Of a DNA stretch of 64,000 bases, positions 51,380 through 61,565 are shown in pieces. Below the pieces are notes generated by a model that saw only the letters and a program-made list of their open reading frames with translations, was not told where the DNA came from and searched no databases. Within the stretch, counting starts at the first letter, position 1; every line of letters begins with the position of its first letter. Source of the stretch: Candidatus Melainabacteria bacterium 17Bon1m (lineage in GTDB: Bacteria > Cyanobacteriota > Vampirovibrionia > Obscuribacterales > Obscuribacteraceae); the NCBI GenBank assembly GCA_032128875.1, contig JAVLKG010000002.1, forward strand, positions 640,001 through 704,000, read 5' to 3'. The position numbers and the translations under genes are program-made.

Positions 51380-52699
51380 ATGAGTGCAAAAATGCCTAGT
51401 CCCAAACCGACTGGTCGGGTGTTTAGCCTGCGCGAGCAAATCATTGCAGTAATCACGTCGCTTTTGGTTTCGTCACTTGCACCTGCTGCGCTGGCTGAAG
51501 AGAATACTTCTACCAGCGAGCCAGCGAACAAGTCAGCCCCATCGGCTGCTTCTACGAGTGATAGTGATGTTTCTAAAACATTCAATGAAGTCGAAACCCT
51601 GGTCAAAGAGTTTTATCCGAAAGCAAAAATTGTTCGCACTGAAAATAACCTGCATTTTGAATATAAAGCACGTGGGCTGACCGGAACTCAGTCTGGGTTA
51701 AAAGAGTTGTCTCCCGACTCAGGTGGCATTGCTGGCGATGTTGTGGTTAAGCCAGGTAGGTACGCCGGCCACGAACGCAACCCCAGTGAAACCAATCTGA
51801 TACTCCATATGGTTTACTTCACGGCACCATATTCGGAACCAGCCGATCGCCATTTTTTTACTCGATTAAGTTACCCACCAGATGCATCGATTGAATTTCT
51901 AAGCCGCTTCAAAACGATGATTGATGAGCAGAAAAAGGGAGCACAGGAGATTGCGGTTAAGGTTGCACCACCTGCCCCAGCGGTTTCCGAATCAAAAACC
52001 AGTAGCACCTCAGGAGATCTTGCGAGCACGCCACAGGCAAAACCTTCAACAGAGCCAAAAGTGAGTTTTGGTTCGCGCAAACTTTCCAAATACTCATATC
52101 CCGAAGGACGCTTTAAGATCCTGTTGCCGGGAAATCCCAATTGCAGATACGGCAATGTCTTGGGAATGCGTTCCGTCGATTACAACTACCCGGAGAGCCA
52201 AGGTGCATATTTGGTTTCTTACTTAATCGCCCCAGGGGTAATCGACGAGTCCAAAGTAAGCGTTTTGCTTGATGCTGTGTGTACCAGTTTGACGAAGAGC
52301 ACGAGGAGCGCAGAGCTGAGAAGGAATGCCATCACACTTCAAGGCTTTCAAGGCAGGCAGCTAGAGCTTGTTCCAAAAGAAGGGAAAGAGATACTGCAGC
52401 GATTTCGTTTGTATGTCGTTCGCAGGTTTGTCTATATCATTGGTGTCGCCGGTAACAAGCCCTGGGTCGACTCACCTGCTGCTGCGGAATACTTGAATTC
52501 GCTCGAAGTGGTGCCGGAGTTGACAGCCGCTGAGCAGCACGCGGCAAGTGTACGAGCGTTCGAGAGAAAGCAGGAAGATAGCAGAAAGACTTTTGATGAG
52601 CGTTTTGCGAAATCCCGATTGGATTCTCAAGAAGCTGCTTCGCGCGCGCGAAAAGACTTTGAGCGCTCACAGGCTGATTTCAAATATCGTCGGTACTAG
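51380..52699 (+). CDS. Exported hypothetical protein sharing an N-terminal domain with the upstream TraB/GumN protein
   Basis: Signal peptide; EVETLVKEFYPKAK...LSYPPD paralogous segment; C-terminal domain starting YPEGRFKILLPG. Confidence 0.75.
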   Translation: MSAKMPSPKPTGRVFSLREQIIAVITSLLVSSLAPAALAEENTSTSEPANKSAPSAASTSDSDVSKTFNEVETLVKEFYPKAKIVRTENNLHFEYKARGLTGTQSGLKELSPDSGGIAGDVVVKPGRYAGHERNPSETNLILHMVYFTAPYSEPADRHFFTRLSYPPDASIEFLSRFKTMIDEQKKGAQEIAVKVAPPAPAVSESKTSSTSGDLASTPQAKPSTEPKVSFGSRKLSKYSYPEGRFKILLPGNPNCRYGNVLGMRSVDYNYPESQGAYLVSYLIAPGVIDESKVSVLLDAVCTSLTKSTRSAELRRNAITLQGFQGRQLELVPKEGKEILQRFRLYVVRRFVYIIGVAGNKPWVDSPAAAEYLNSLEVVPELTAAEQHAASVRAFERKQEDSRKTFDERFAKSRLDSQEAASRARKDFERSQADFKYRRY

Positions 52700-52700
52700 T

Positions 52701-53858
52701 TTAAGCGCGCTTTTGAATTGATTCTGCTGCTTCGATAAGAGGCTCAAGTTTTTCATGCCTGAGCATGTATCCGTAATTGCCTATTGCTGGCGCAAAAATG
52801 GAATCAATACGTTCGTGATGCACTATCAAGTCTTTGTGTTTTTCAACAGCTTCATCGTGATTAAGTGCGTATGGAATGTGATCCTTGCGACCCACATAAA
52901 TCACAAAGTACTTGCGCTCGCCCAACGGTTTTGAAATACCGTGAACCTGCATTTGAGCCCAGGCATCATAGCAATCGAAATCGAAAATGAAATTGAACAT
53001 GTCCAGTGTCAATCCGCCTGGCGGGCGCATGTTCACTTCAAGTGGAACGACTGCATTGTCTTTGAGGAAAAATTCGAAGTGGAAGAATCTTCCCCTCACA
53101 TCGAATGCTTTGAGAATAGCCTTGCCTGCGTTCTCGAGAAACGGTTCTATTTCGCGCACGCAGTAATAGTAGATGTCGGAATTTTCGTTGACTGCATCCA
53201 TGACGCCTTTGTTGTAGCGCAATGAGGACGAGAAAATCAGTTCGCCGTTTTGGTCGACCAACCCGTCATAGCTGACAATTTGACCAGTGACGAATTCTTC
53301 CAGGATGTAGTCTGTATTTGGCTTTCCGCGCAAGAAAACATTAATGCAATCTTCGCCTTCCAGCTTGAATGTTGCCGCCGCACCTACACCGTTGTCTGGT
53401 TTTGCGATGACCGGAAATCCAACTTCTTTGATGAAGTCACGCACTTCCTGCTCTGTCTTGCATACTCTGCCGCGTGCAGGATTGAGATTTGCTTGTTTGA
53501 AAATCCGCTTCATCTCGGACTTCTTTTTGACGTTGTAGATCTGGTCCATATTGATGCCGGGAATGTTGAAGTCGGTGCGTAAGCGCGCTTCTGTTTCCAG
53601 CCAATATTCATTGTGCGAATCAAGATGATGCAATTTGCCGTAGCGATGAGTGAAGTAGCCCATCGCACGTGTCAGCTGATCTTGGTCGTGCATGTCGTCG
53701 ACTTTGTAGTATTCAGTCAGGTTGCATTTCAGATCATGGCTGAGCGACTCGAATGGCACGTCTGAAAGTCCCAATACCGTTGCTCCGGCATTCTTAAGTC
53801 TGGAGGCAAAGTTTTGAAAGTTGGGTGGAAAATGCGGGCTGAGAAATACTGAGTTCAT
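52701..53858 (-). CDS. ATP-grasp carboxylate-amine ligase
   Basis: PVIAKPDNGVGA, ILEEFV, FFHFEFF, LEVNMRPPG; start among nearby Met codons is uncertain. Confidence 0.88.
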   Translation of the reverse strand: MNSVFLSPHFPPNFQNFASRLKNAGATVLGLSDVPFESLSHDLKCNLTEYYKVDDMHDQDQLTRAMGYFTHRYGKLHHLDSHNEYWLETEARLRTDFNIPGINMDQIYNVKKKSEMKRIFKQANLNPARGRVCKTEQEVRDFIKEVGFPVIAKPDNGVGAAATFKLEGEDCINVFLRGKPNTDYILEEFVTGQIVSYDGLVDQNGELIFSSSLRYNKGVMDAVNENSDIYYYCVREIEPFLENAGKAILKAFDVRGRFFHFEFFLKDNAVVPLEVNMRPPGGLTLDMFNFIFDFDCYDAWAQMQVHGISKPLGERKYFVIYVGRKDHIPYALNHDEAVEKHKDLIVHHERIDSIFAPAIGNYGYMLRHEKLEPLIEAAESIQKRA

Positions 53859-54107
53859 AAGTTCCAAATTGACCTATTTGTTTCTTCTGTCGCTTAATTG
53901 CATTCGCGTTTTGCGGCACGCAGGTTGTTATGTTGGCCTGTTGGCCGACACGTCGCCCTTTAATCTCAGCCGATTTTATCGCAATGAGACGTCCCAGTAA
54001 GCCCTCTGGGTACACAAATCGCATAGAATAACTGCACTTGGAATCTGCATCGCCCGTGGCCATGCTACAATCCGCCGACGGAAACCTCAAAAAAGGCGAG
54101 GACACAG

Positions 54108-54836
54108 GTGTTGCGAGAATATCACAAATGGCATAGTCCCACGTTGAATCGGGACATGGAACTCCTCCAGTTCGGCCATGCCGGCGCTCGAGTAATTGTA
54201 TTTCCGACATCCTGCGGCAGATTTTTCGACTGGGAAAATCGTGGCATGCTCAATGCAATTTCCCGCCATATTGATGAAGGTTGGGTTCAAGTTTTTTGCG
54301 TTGACGGAGTTGACACTGAAAGTTGGTTCAACACATGGGTCAATCCTACTGACAGAGCCCGACGTCACCTCCAGTATCAAGAGTATGTGATCAACGAAGT
54401 TCTTCCATTTACTAAATCGAAAAACGACAACGATTTCGTCATTGCAATGGGAGCTAGTTTTGGTGCCTATCATTCCTACAGTATTGCTATGAGATATCCG
54501 TGGAGTTTCAATCGCGTTCTTGGAATGAGTGGTGTGTATGACGTACGAGAATGGACCAACAATGAGATGAATGATGTCATCGCCCAAGGCAGTCCTTGTG
54601 AGTATATGCTCCAGTTGCACGATGGCCATCACATAGACCAAATCAGAAAGCTCGATTTGATAATTCCTGTTGGAAGGCAAGATCCGCTATTTGGAAACAA
54701 CAGGTGGTTCTCGCAGATTCTTTGGGATAAAGGAATTTGGCATGCCTTCAGAGAATGGGATGGTTTTGGTCACGACTGGCCATATTGGTACGACATGATC
54801 CAGCACTATATAGGCGGAGCTGAATCGAGAGGCTAG
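54108..54836 (+). CDS. Alpha/beta-hydrolase esterase family protein
   Basis: FGHAG..FPTS, nucleophile GASFG, GHDWPYW; GAGG before GTG. Confidence 0.9.
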   Translation: MLREYHKWHSPTLNRDMELLQFGHAGARVIVFPTSCGRFFDWENRGMLNAISRHIDEGWVQVFCVDGVDTESWFNTWVNPTDRARRHLQYQEYVINEVLPFTKSKNDNDFVIAMGASFGAYHSYSIAMRYPWSFNRVLGMSGVYDVREWTNNEMNDVIAQGSPCEYMLQLHDGHHIDQIRKLDLIIPVGRQDPLFGNNRWFSQILWDKGIWHAFREWDGFGHDWPYWYDMIQHYIGGAESRG

Positions 54837-54880
54837 GTCGCCCAAAACCTAGACGGTGAGCTAATTTCAAAATTGAAAAG

Positions 54881-54912
54881 AGCAGCAAGGTTTGTGAAAG
54901 CTTGCTGCTTTT
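54881..54912 (+). terminator. Rho-independent terminator after the esterase
   Basis: agcagcaag...cttgctgct followed by ttt. Confidence 0.7.
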
Positions 54913-55090
54913 CGCATCTGGGGTGATACCACTTTTGCATTAATTACTAAAGAAAAATGGTAAGCTGTGCAACTTATACAGGTGTCCGTCGTCTCACTCA
55001 CAAATTCAAATTCGAAAACGAAGCTTTCAAAGTATGTGCCGCGTTTTCGGTCTGAGTTCGCTCGATCAAAATATATCTGGAGGATTCACT

Positions 55091-56302
55091 ATGTTCGCCC
55101 TTCCTCTAAAACTGCTTTCGACGGCACTCTCGCTTCTACTTATATGCAGCTCCGTAGCGGTTCCGGCATTCGCTCAAGATGGAAGCAATGTGCCCACCCT
55201 GGAAACAGCTTCCCCCTCTTCTCAAGAAACCACAGCATCCGTCGACTCCAATTTCATAGTCATTCCGGTAAACACAGACTCTGATGCTGCGCCGGAAAAA
55301 GTAATTGTTCTGCCCCGTGATTCGGAATTTCTCACTGGTGAAGTTCAACAATCGCGTATGCTCGCTGTCAAGGAAGTCATTGTTCCTGACAGCGTCCAGA
55401 CGGCTGCTATCACTCTTGTTGAGGATGCTCCGACTGGCATCATGGTTGTCGACAATGACGAAGAAAAGCTCACCGCAGAGGAAAAGCTCGAGTTCAAAGA
55501 AATTGCGGATTCTCCGGACAAGACCTTTATCGATGCCGGTGCTCGCTTCCCCGTATACATGTCGAGCACGCTGACAAGCAAAACCGCAAAAGTCGGTGAT
55601 CCTGTTGAGGGTCGTCTGAAAATCGATCTCAAGATTGGCGGTAAATTGGTGGCGCCGAAAGGGTCACTCGTGATCGGTCACATCACGCGTGTCTTTCCTG
55701 CTCGAAAAATGATCGCTGCGGAGCTCGTTCCAAACAAGCGTTGGATGCGCATGGCGGGCTCTCTTTCGTTTGACTTCGATGAAATTGTCACACCTGCCGG
55801 CGAGCATTTGCCGCTGGTGGCAGCACCGGCAAGACAAGCCCGCATTATCAAGAATATGAATGAAGGAAGAGTGCTTGGCGTCAATCACAACAACGAGATC
55901 GCTTCGCCGCTTTCCACCCAGGTAAAACACCAGGCGCTTCACCTGGCAATTCGTGCTGGTGCAGCGGCTGGCGGTGTTTTCAGTTTTGGTATTGTACCTG
56001 CGGCCTACGGCATCATGGGTGCGATCAATCCGTCGTTTGCTTTCATGCAACCGGTTGGAAAGAATATGCGCCATCGTCGTCTCAAGGGATTTGCACTTGG
56101 AGTCGTCACCGGATTGCCTGGTGGTTTCTTGATTGCAGACAGCATCATTCGTGGTCCTGAGGCAATCGTCAAACCAGGCGATATGTTCTACGCTGAGTTC
56201 CAGCAAAAGTTCACCGGCGAAGCTGCTACATCTGCAGAGCTGCTGCCAGGTGTGAAGACAAAAGTCCACGGCGAACAGATCAAGACTGACAAGAAGAAGT
56301 AG
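55091..56302 (+). CDS. Exported protein with TrbI/VirB10-like beta domain
   Basis: Signal peptide; STLTSKTAKVGDPV...PKGSLVIGHI...GSLSFDFD pattern and Gly-rich hydrophobic hairpin; GGAGG RBS. Confidence 0.6.
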   Translation: MFALPLKLLSTALSLLLICSSVAVPAFAQDGSNVPTLETASPSSQETTASVDSNFIVIPVNTDSDAAPEKVIVLPRDSEFLTGEVQQSRMLAVKEVIVPDSVQTAAITLVEDAPTGIMVVDNDEEKLTAEEKLEFKEIADSPDKTFIDAGARFPVYMSSTLTSKTAKVGDPVEGRLKIDLKIGGKLVAPKGSLVIGHITRVFPARKMIAAELVPNKRWMRMAGSLSFDFDEIVTPAGEHLPLVAAPARQARIIKNMNEGRVLGVNHNNEIASPLSTQVKHQALHLAIRAGAAAGGVFSFGIVPAAYGIMGAINPSFAFMQPVGKNMRHRRLKGFALGVVTGLPGGFLIADSIIRGPEAIVKPGDMFYAEFQQKFTGEAATSAELLPGVKTKVHGEQIKTDKKK

Positions 56303-56310
56303 CGATCACC

Positions 56311-56363
56311 GTACGGGAGCCGCATGCGGCTCCCTGTCAGGGCTGCGCATGCGCAGCCCGTAC
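56311..56363. repeat. Inverted REP-like doublet
   Basis: gtac-gggagccgcatgcggctccc-tgtca-gggctgcgcatgcgcagccc-gtac: two perfect 20-nt palindromes, each with an outer GTAC. Confidence 0.8.
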
Positions 56364-56387
56364 TCTGGTAGAAGAGTCACTTCGCGC

Positions 56388-58154
56388 TTAATAACCGCGG
56401 TAAGCCTGACCTCTGGCAACTGCTTTGACACCAGGAACATTGTCTAGTGAACCATATCTCTTCACGGCATATCTAACGCCGGCGATAACGTTGTCCACCG
56501 GATTCAAGATGTTGTCGTGACCGGCCAACTTGTGCGAATTGAATGTTGGTCCGATGGTTTGCATCAAGCCCTTGGACGGAGTGCCCTTGCGAGCATTCGA
56601 ATCCCAGTTGTTGACGACATCGGCTCTCCAATTCGATTCACGTTGGATGATCAAGTTGATCGCAGCCAAGTTTGCCGGAGTTGGTTCAACACGTTTGCCG
56701 TTGCCTTGTGCGGCGGCTTTGTTGATTTCTTCCAGAGCTTGATTGATGATCTGGGCTCGCTCGCCTGTCGGTACTGTTCCAACCACACGCTCGCCATTCG
56801 AAGACGATGTTTGTTGACGCATAGTCGACACATCGTAGAGTTTTTGACCGGCATCCATGAGTTGTCTGGCTTCCGGTGTCGAAAGATCAGCTTGTGTGAT
56901 CTCGCCAGGAGATTTACCTGACATGAAGGCAGCGGTGATGGCGCCCGGGTTTTCGCCCAGTTGTTGTTTGAAGCCATCCGTTATGGAGGTCGCCATGTGC
57001 TCTTGCAGATCCTTAGGCAAGAGCGACTTCATTTCGTCTTTGCCTGGTGCTTCGCCTTTGTCCATCTTGTCGGCCATGCCTTTCAGCTTGGCTACGGATG
57101 CGGCATTGAAGCCCTTAGGCAATTTTCCTTGCTTGATCAATTCTGCAATTTTCTCGGGATCCGGCGGATCGCCAAGATCGAGTCCAGCCAGCCAATTGTT
57201 GATTTGCCTGCCGGAGAAACCATAGCGGCCTACTCTTGGATTACCATCAGGGTGGCGACGCACGGTTTCGTAAGGTGCCTTTTCATCCGGCTTGAACAAA
57301 CCAGCGATTGCATCCTTGGTTGCCATTGTCTTTTCTGATTCATTCAATTGGCGTGGAACATCACGAGAATTGAATGAGCCGATGCGATCGGTCGACTCGC
57401 GCGGCATGTTTACGCCGTCCGAACCGCCCATGCGGTTGGCCTGTCCAACGGCAGCTCGCGTTTCCGGAGTCATATTTTGCTCGGCCGCAGGCGGTTTGAG
57501 CTTGTTAGCTCGCTCCGTCGATGAGGAAACTGCATCGTCTTTGTCGTTGAGTTCAACGCCATTTTGAGCGGCATCTGGATATTTGTTTCTGATGCGGTCG
57601 GACAAGTAGCGGACCAACTCATCGGCAGCTCTCTTCTGTTGAGCAGTCGGGTTAAGGTCGCCGGGTTCACGCTCAAGGACAACTTGAATTTCTTTGGAGT
57701 TGAACTTTTCCGGGTCGCCGCGCATCTCTACTTCGCCGTTCTTCTTCACTACGAAGTGCGGCTTTTGGCTTTCCGGATTCTGCAAGTCTTGCATGGCCAC
57801 CGAAATCTTCGGCGTTGCCTTGTCAGTTTCCGGACGCGTTTCAAATTGTCTATCACCATCGGGGCTGGTTCTATCCGAAAAACCAACACCCGGTACCTTC
57901 GCCAGTTCCTTCGGAGCTCTCTTTTGGTCAAAACGACGCATGTTCGTTTCGCCGGGCAACGGCGCTATCGCGTCCGGTGCTCCAGTTCCGTCCCATACCT
58001 TTGCCGTTCCACCTGAGAATTGAAAATTATCACCACTACTCAAACCGTGGCGGGTCGCTAGATGGTGGTGCGCAAAATCGCGCAGGGGTGACGAGCCGCC
58101 GTCGTTGCCGGGGCTGGCGTCAAATCGTTCTTGTCTTTCTGGGCGTGGTGCCAT
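56388..58154 (-). CDS. Signal-less protein with C-terminal lytic transglycosylase (SLT) domain
   Basis: IQRES, NNWDSNA, SKGLMQ, NPVDNVIAGVRYAVKRYG. Confidence 0.85.
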   Translation of the reverse strand: MAPRPERQERFDASPGNDGGSSPLRDFAHHHLATRHGLSSGDNFQFSGGTAKVWDGTGAPDAIAPLPGETNMRRFDQKRAPKELAKVPGVGFSDRTSPDGDRQFETRPETDKATPKISVAMQDLQNPESQKPHFVVKKNGEVEMRGDPEKFNSKEIQVVLEREPGDLNPTAQQKRAADELVRYLSDRIRNKYPDAAQNGVELNDKDDAVSSSTERANKLKPPAAEQNMTPETRAAVGQANRMGGSDGVNMPRESTDRIGSFNSRDVPRQLNESEKTMATKDAIAGLFKPDEKAPYETVRRHPDGNPRVGRYGFSGRQINNWLAGLDLGDPPDPEKIAELIKQGKLPKGFNAASVAKLKGMADKMDKGEAPGKDEMKSLLPKDLQEHMATSITDGFKQQLGENPGAITAAFMSGKSPGEITQADLSTPEARQLMDAGQKLYDVSTMRQQTSSSNGERVVGTVPTGERAQIINQALEEINKAAAQGNGKRVEPTPANLAAINLIIQRESNWRADVVNNWDSNARKGTPSKGLMQTIGPTFNSHKLAGHDNILNPVDNVIAGVRYAVKRYGSLDNVPGVKAVARGQAYRGY

Positions 58155-58584
58155 ATGTATGACTCGTTTTCAGAAGAGCTGAAATCCTGCCTCTCCTGGT
58201 TCTATGGTAAACAGACCCTGTTTCCATTATGCCAGAGGGCTTGCCCCAGCGGGGCATCTAGGTTTTTCGAAGGCTATCAGCTAAGTGGATACACTGATGA
58301 GGAAGGTAGGTTTATGTTACGGATACTGCCTTTCCAGACAAATGGGGGAATTACGAAGCGGACATTAAATCTAAGTACCTCTCCTCACCCTTAATCCTTA
58401 CCAGTGAAAGGTTTCGGGGTTATTAAATGGGCGAGGATGAAAGGTTTACCCGGCAGACCGCTGGGCTATCCGGAAATTGACCTATATATAGGTAGGCGCT
58501 GAAGCTGCTAAAACCAGAACTGGCTACTGTTTGATTACCTTTGCGTCCTTCATGACGAACTGGACTCTTTCCAGCACTGACACG

Positions 58585-61074
58585 TCAGCTTCCTTTGCCA
58601 TCCGCTCCGGGAGCTTCAGCTGTTTCAGTTTCGGCTAGATTGGCGATGACTTTCAAGGGGTCAAGCGAACCGTCGTCAGGTTTTTTGAAATCAATCTTCG
58701 CCGGTGGCTCGGATTTTTGGTGGCTTGCATTCTCTTCGTTCTTGCTCTTATCCGAAGGCACGCACGTAACCTTGATTTCGTCACCTTCCGCAGTGACTTT
58801 AGCTATGCCGCCATGTTCCAACTTACCGAAGAGAATTTCTTCAGCCAGCGGCTCACGAATTTGTTGTTGAATCAATCTGTTCATCGGGCGAGCGCCAAAC
58901 AGTTTGTCAAAGCCGTGATCGGCGAACCACTTACGAGCAGGCTCATCGAGCTCTATCTCAACATTTTTCTCATACAGTTGAGCACGCACTTCGTTGACGA
59001 ATTTATCGACAACACGCGAAATGTCTGAATAGGTCAACTGATTGAATACAATCCACGCATCCAGTCTGTTTCTAAATTCAGGGCTGAATGTTCTTTCGAC
59101 TGCACTCTTGCCTTTGCCGTGTGAGATAGAGATTTTAGATTGAGAGAACGTCGCTTGCTTCTCTTGCTCGTCGCTGATTTTGCCTTTGAATCCTATGTCT
59201 TCTGCGGTCATCTCACGAGCACCAGCATTTGTGGTCATGATCAAAATCACATTTCGGAAATCTGCTTTCTTACCATTGTTGTCGGTAAGTGAAGCATGAT
59301 CCATCACTTGCAAAAGAATGTTGTAAATATCAGGATGCGCTTTCTCAATCTCATCCAAAACAAGCACTGTATGTGGTGTCTTGTTGATGGCATCGGTGAG
59401 AAGTCCGCCTTGATCAAAACCTACATAGCCGGGAGGTGCGCCAATCAAACGGGAAACGGTGTGTTTTTCCATGTACTCGCTCATATCGAATCGGAGGAAA
59501 TTAACACCCATAACTTTGGCAAGCTGTTTTGCCAGTTCTGTCTTACCAACCCCAGTGGGACCGGAGAATAAGAAAGAACCGATGGGCTTTGTCGGATGAC
59601 TCAACCCTGCGCGTGAAAGCTTAATGGCTTTGACGACTTGTTTTACAGCATGGTCCTGACCGAAAAGGACGCTCTTCAATTCCTTTTCCAAGACTTGAAG
59701 TTTTTCCTTGTCAGAGCCGGAAACCGACTTCGGAGGAATCTTCGCCATCGAAGCTATGACGAGTTCAACATCATGCACGGTAATTACTTTCGATGGTCGT
59801 TCTTTCTCATCCATCAATTTCACTGCAGCGCCGACTTCATCCATAACGTCGATAGCCTTATCCGGCATGAAGCTGTCGTTGACGTGCTTGCCGGCCAGTT
59901 CTGCCGCTTGCTGAATGGCTTCGTCTGTATATGTGACGCCATGATGCTCTTCGTAATATGACTTCAGTCCGGTCAGAATCTTAATTGTGTCCTCGACCGA
60001 AGGTTCTGAGATATCTACTTTCTGGAATCGTCTTGCCAGAGCTTTATCTTTATCGAACGCTTGCTTGAATTCTGGATAAGTGGTGGCACCGATACAGCGA
60101 AGTTCGCCGGATGCTAACGCGGGTTTCAAAATATTGGAAGCATCCATGCTTCCGCCGCTGACAGCGCCAGCACCAACGATGGTGTGAATTTCGTCGATGA
60201 ATAGAATCACGCCAGGAATGTCTTGCAACGCCTTAATAACTGATTTTAGGCGCTGTTCGAATTGCCCACGAAAACGTGTGCCGGCCAAAAGTGCTCCCAT
60301 GTCCAGCGAATAAACCTGGCAATCTTTGAGGGCGTTTGGCACTTCGCCTCTCTGAATCTTGAGCGCGAGACCTTCGGCTATTGCTGTTTTTCCAACACCA
60401 GGATCTCCGACATACACAGGATTGTTTTTACGGCGTCTGCACAAAATTTGGATGGTGCGTTTGACTTCGTTTTCTCTTCCAATTAAAGGGTCGATTTTTG
60501 CCTTAGCTGCCCGCTCGATAAGATTGGTCGTATAGGCTTCCAGTGGATCGCTCACGGCTCTTCCAGAGTCGTCATCATCACCCCCTCAAGTGAAGCCCTC
60601 ACCTTCGGTGGCAGGATCTTTTTCAATTCTTTTGCCGTCCTCTACTTTTGAGATACCGTGCGAAATATAGGAAAGAACATCAAGACGAGTAATTCCTTCC
60701 TTCTCCAGCAAGAAAACTGCATGCGAGCGCTTTTCCTGGAACATTGCAGCCAGTACATTGCCGCTATCGATGGTTGTCTGAGCAGAAGATTCAGCCTGCA
60801 TATAGGCGCGAGTCAGAACACGTTCGAGGGCTGCAGTGTAAGAGGGCATAGCGTCGATGCCGTTGGGAAGCTGTTCCATATTCTCATTGAGAAATTCTTC
60901 CAACTCTTTGCGAATTTCCTTTACGCTGCCACCACAGGCGCGGATGATGTCGCACGCTCCTTTATCCTCCAAAAGAGCAAGGAGCAAATGCTCCAAAGTT
61001 AGATACTCATGCCTCCGCTTCGCTGCTTCCGAGAGCGCTAGGTTGAGAGTGTCTTGTAATTCCTTGGAGATCAT
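58585..61074 (-). pseudogene. clpA: ATP-dependent Clp protease ATPase subunit ClpA, split by one in-frame TGA (60586-60588)
   Basis: N-domain (HEYLTLEHLLLAL) and AAA1/AAA2 (GDPGVGKT, GPTGVGKT, SRLIGAPPGYVG, IGF loop) are in the same frame (offset 561 nt); directly downstream of clpS. Pseudogene status is uncertain. Confidence 0.8.
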
Positions 61075-61078
61075 TTGA

Positions 61079-61405
61079 TTACTCTTCTTCTGTTGTGCAT
61101 AGAAGCGGAAACTCATTTAGTTGGGCTAGTTCAGCAACTTTGCTGCATTTTGCTTCCGCTATTTCAAACGGGTAAACGCCCGCAACTCCGAGACCCTGCT
61201 GGTGTACCGCTAACATTATCTTAACCGCGTCATTTTCATTTTTGTGGAAAACGTCCTTGAGAATAAAAACGACAAATTCCATTGTGGTGAAGTCGTCGTT
61301 ATGTAGCAATACCTTATATAGCTTGGGGCGTTTTGGTTTTGTCTTTTGGTCCTTCTGAACATCAAGATCGTCGTCTAGGTCCTGACCCGGCAACCCCTTT
61401 GCCAT
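61079..61405 (-). CDS. clpS: Clp protease adaptor ClpS
   Basis: YKVLLHNDDFTTMEFVV...MLAVHQQG...FPLLCT. Confidence 0.97.
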   Translation of the reverse strand: MAKGLPGQDLDDDLDVQKDQKTKPKRPKLYKVLLHNDDFTTMEFVVFILKDVFHKNENDAVKIMLAVHQQGLGVAGVYPFEIAEAKCSKVAELAQLNEFPLLCTTEEE

Positions 61406-61565
61406 TGCTGTATTCCTGCTCCAAAGATTAAACGCGGCTGTCCACTACATACCCATGATAAACCGCATGAGAACCGTTGGCGCAACCGGCGCCTGTAGGG
61501 TTTTTCGGGGTTTCCTTCACGGCACAGTAACCTTGAAGTGCCTTATGAGCCTGCAGAATACGGCG

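Noticed and set aside
55091-58154. T4SS or prophage locus (VirB10-like + SLT)
   Set aside because: The genes are convergent and no other secretion, phage or integrase genes are nearby
58155-58584. Possible ncRNA in the 430-nt gap after clpA
   Set aside because: Only weak imperfect hairpins and no recognisable family motif
60586-60588. Selenocysteine or genetic code 4/25 reading of the clpA TGA
   Set aside because: Position is a variable linker, no SECIS-like hairpin is evident, and other genes in the window end in TGA
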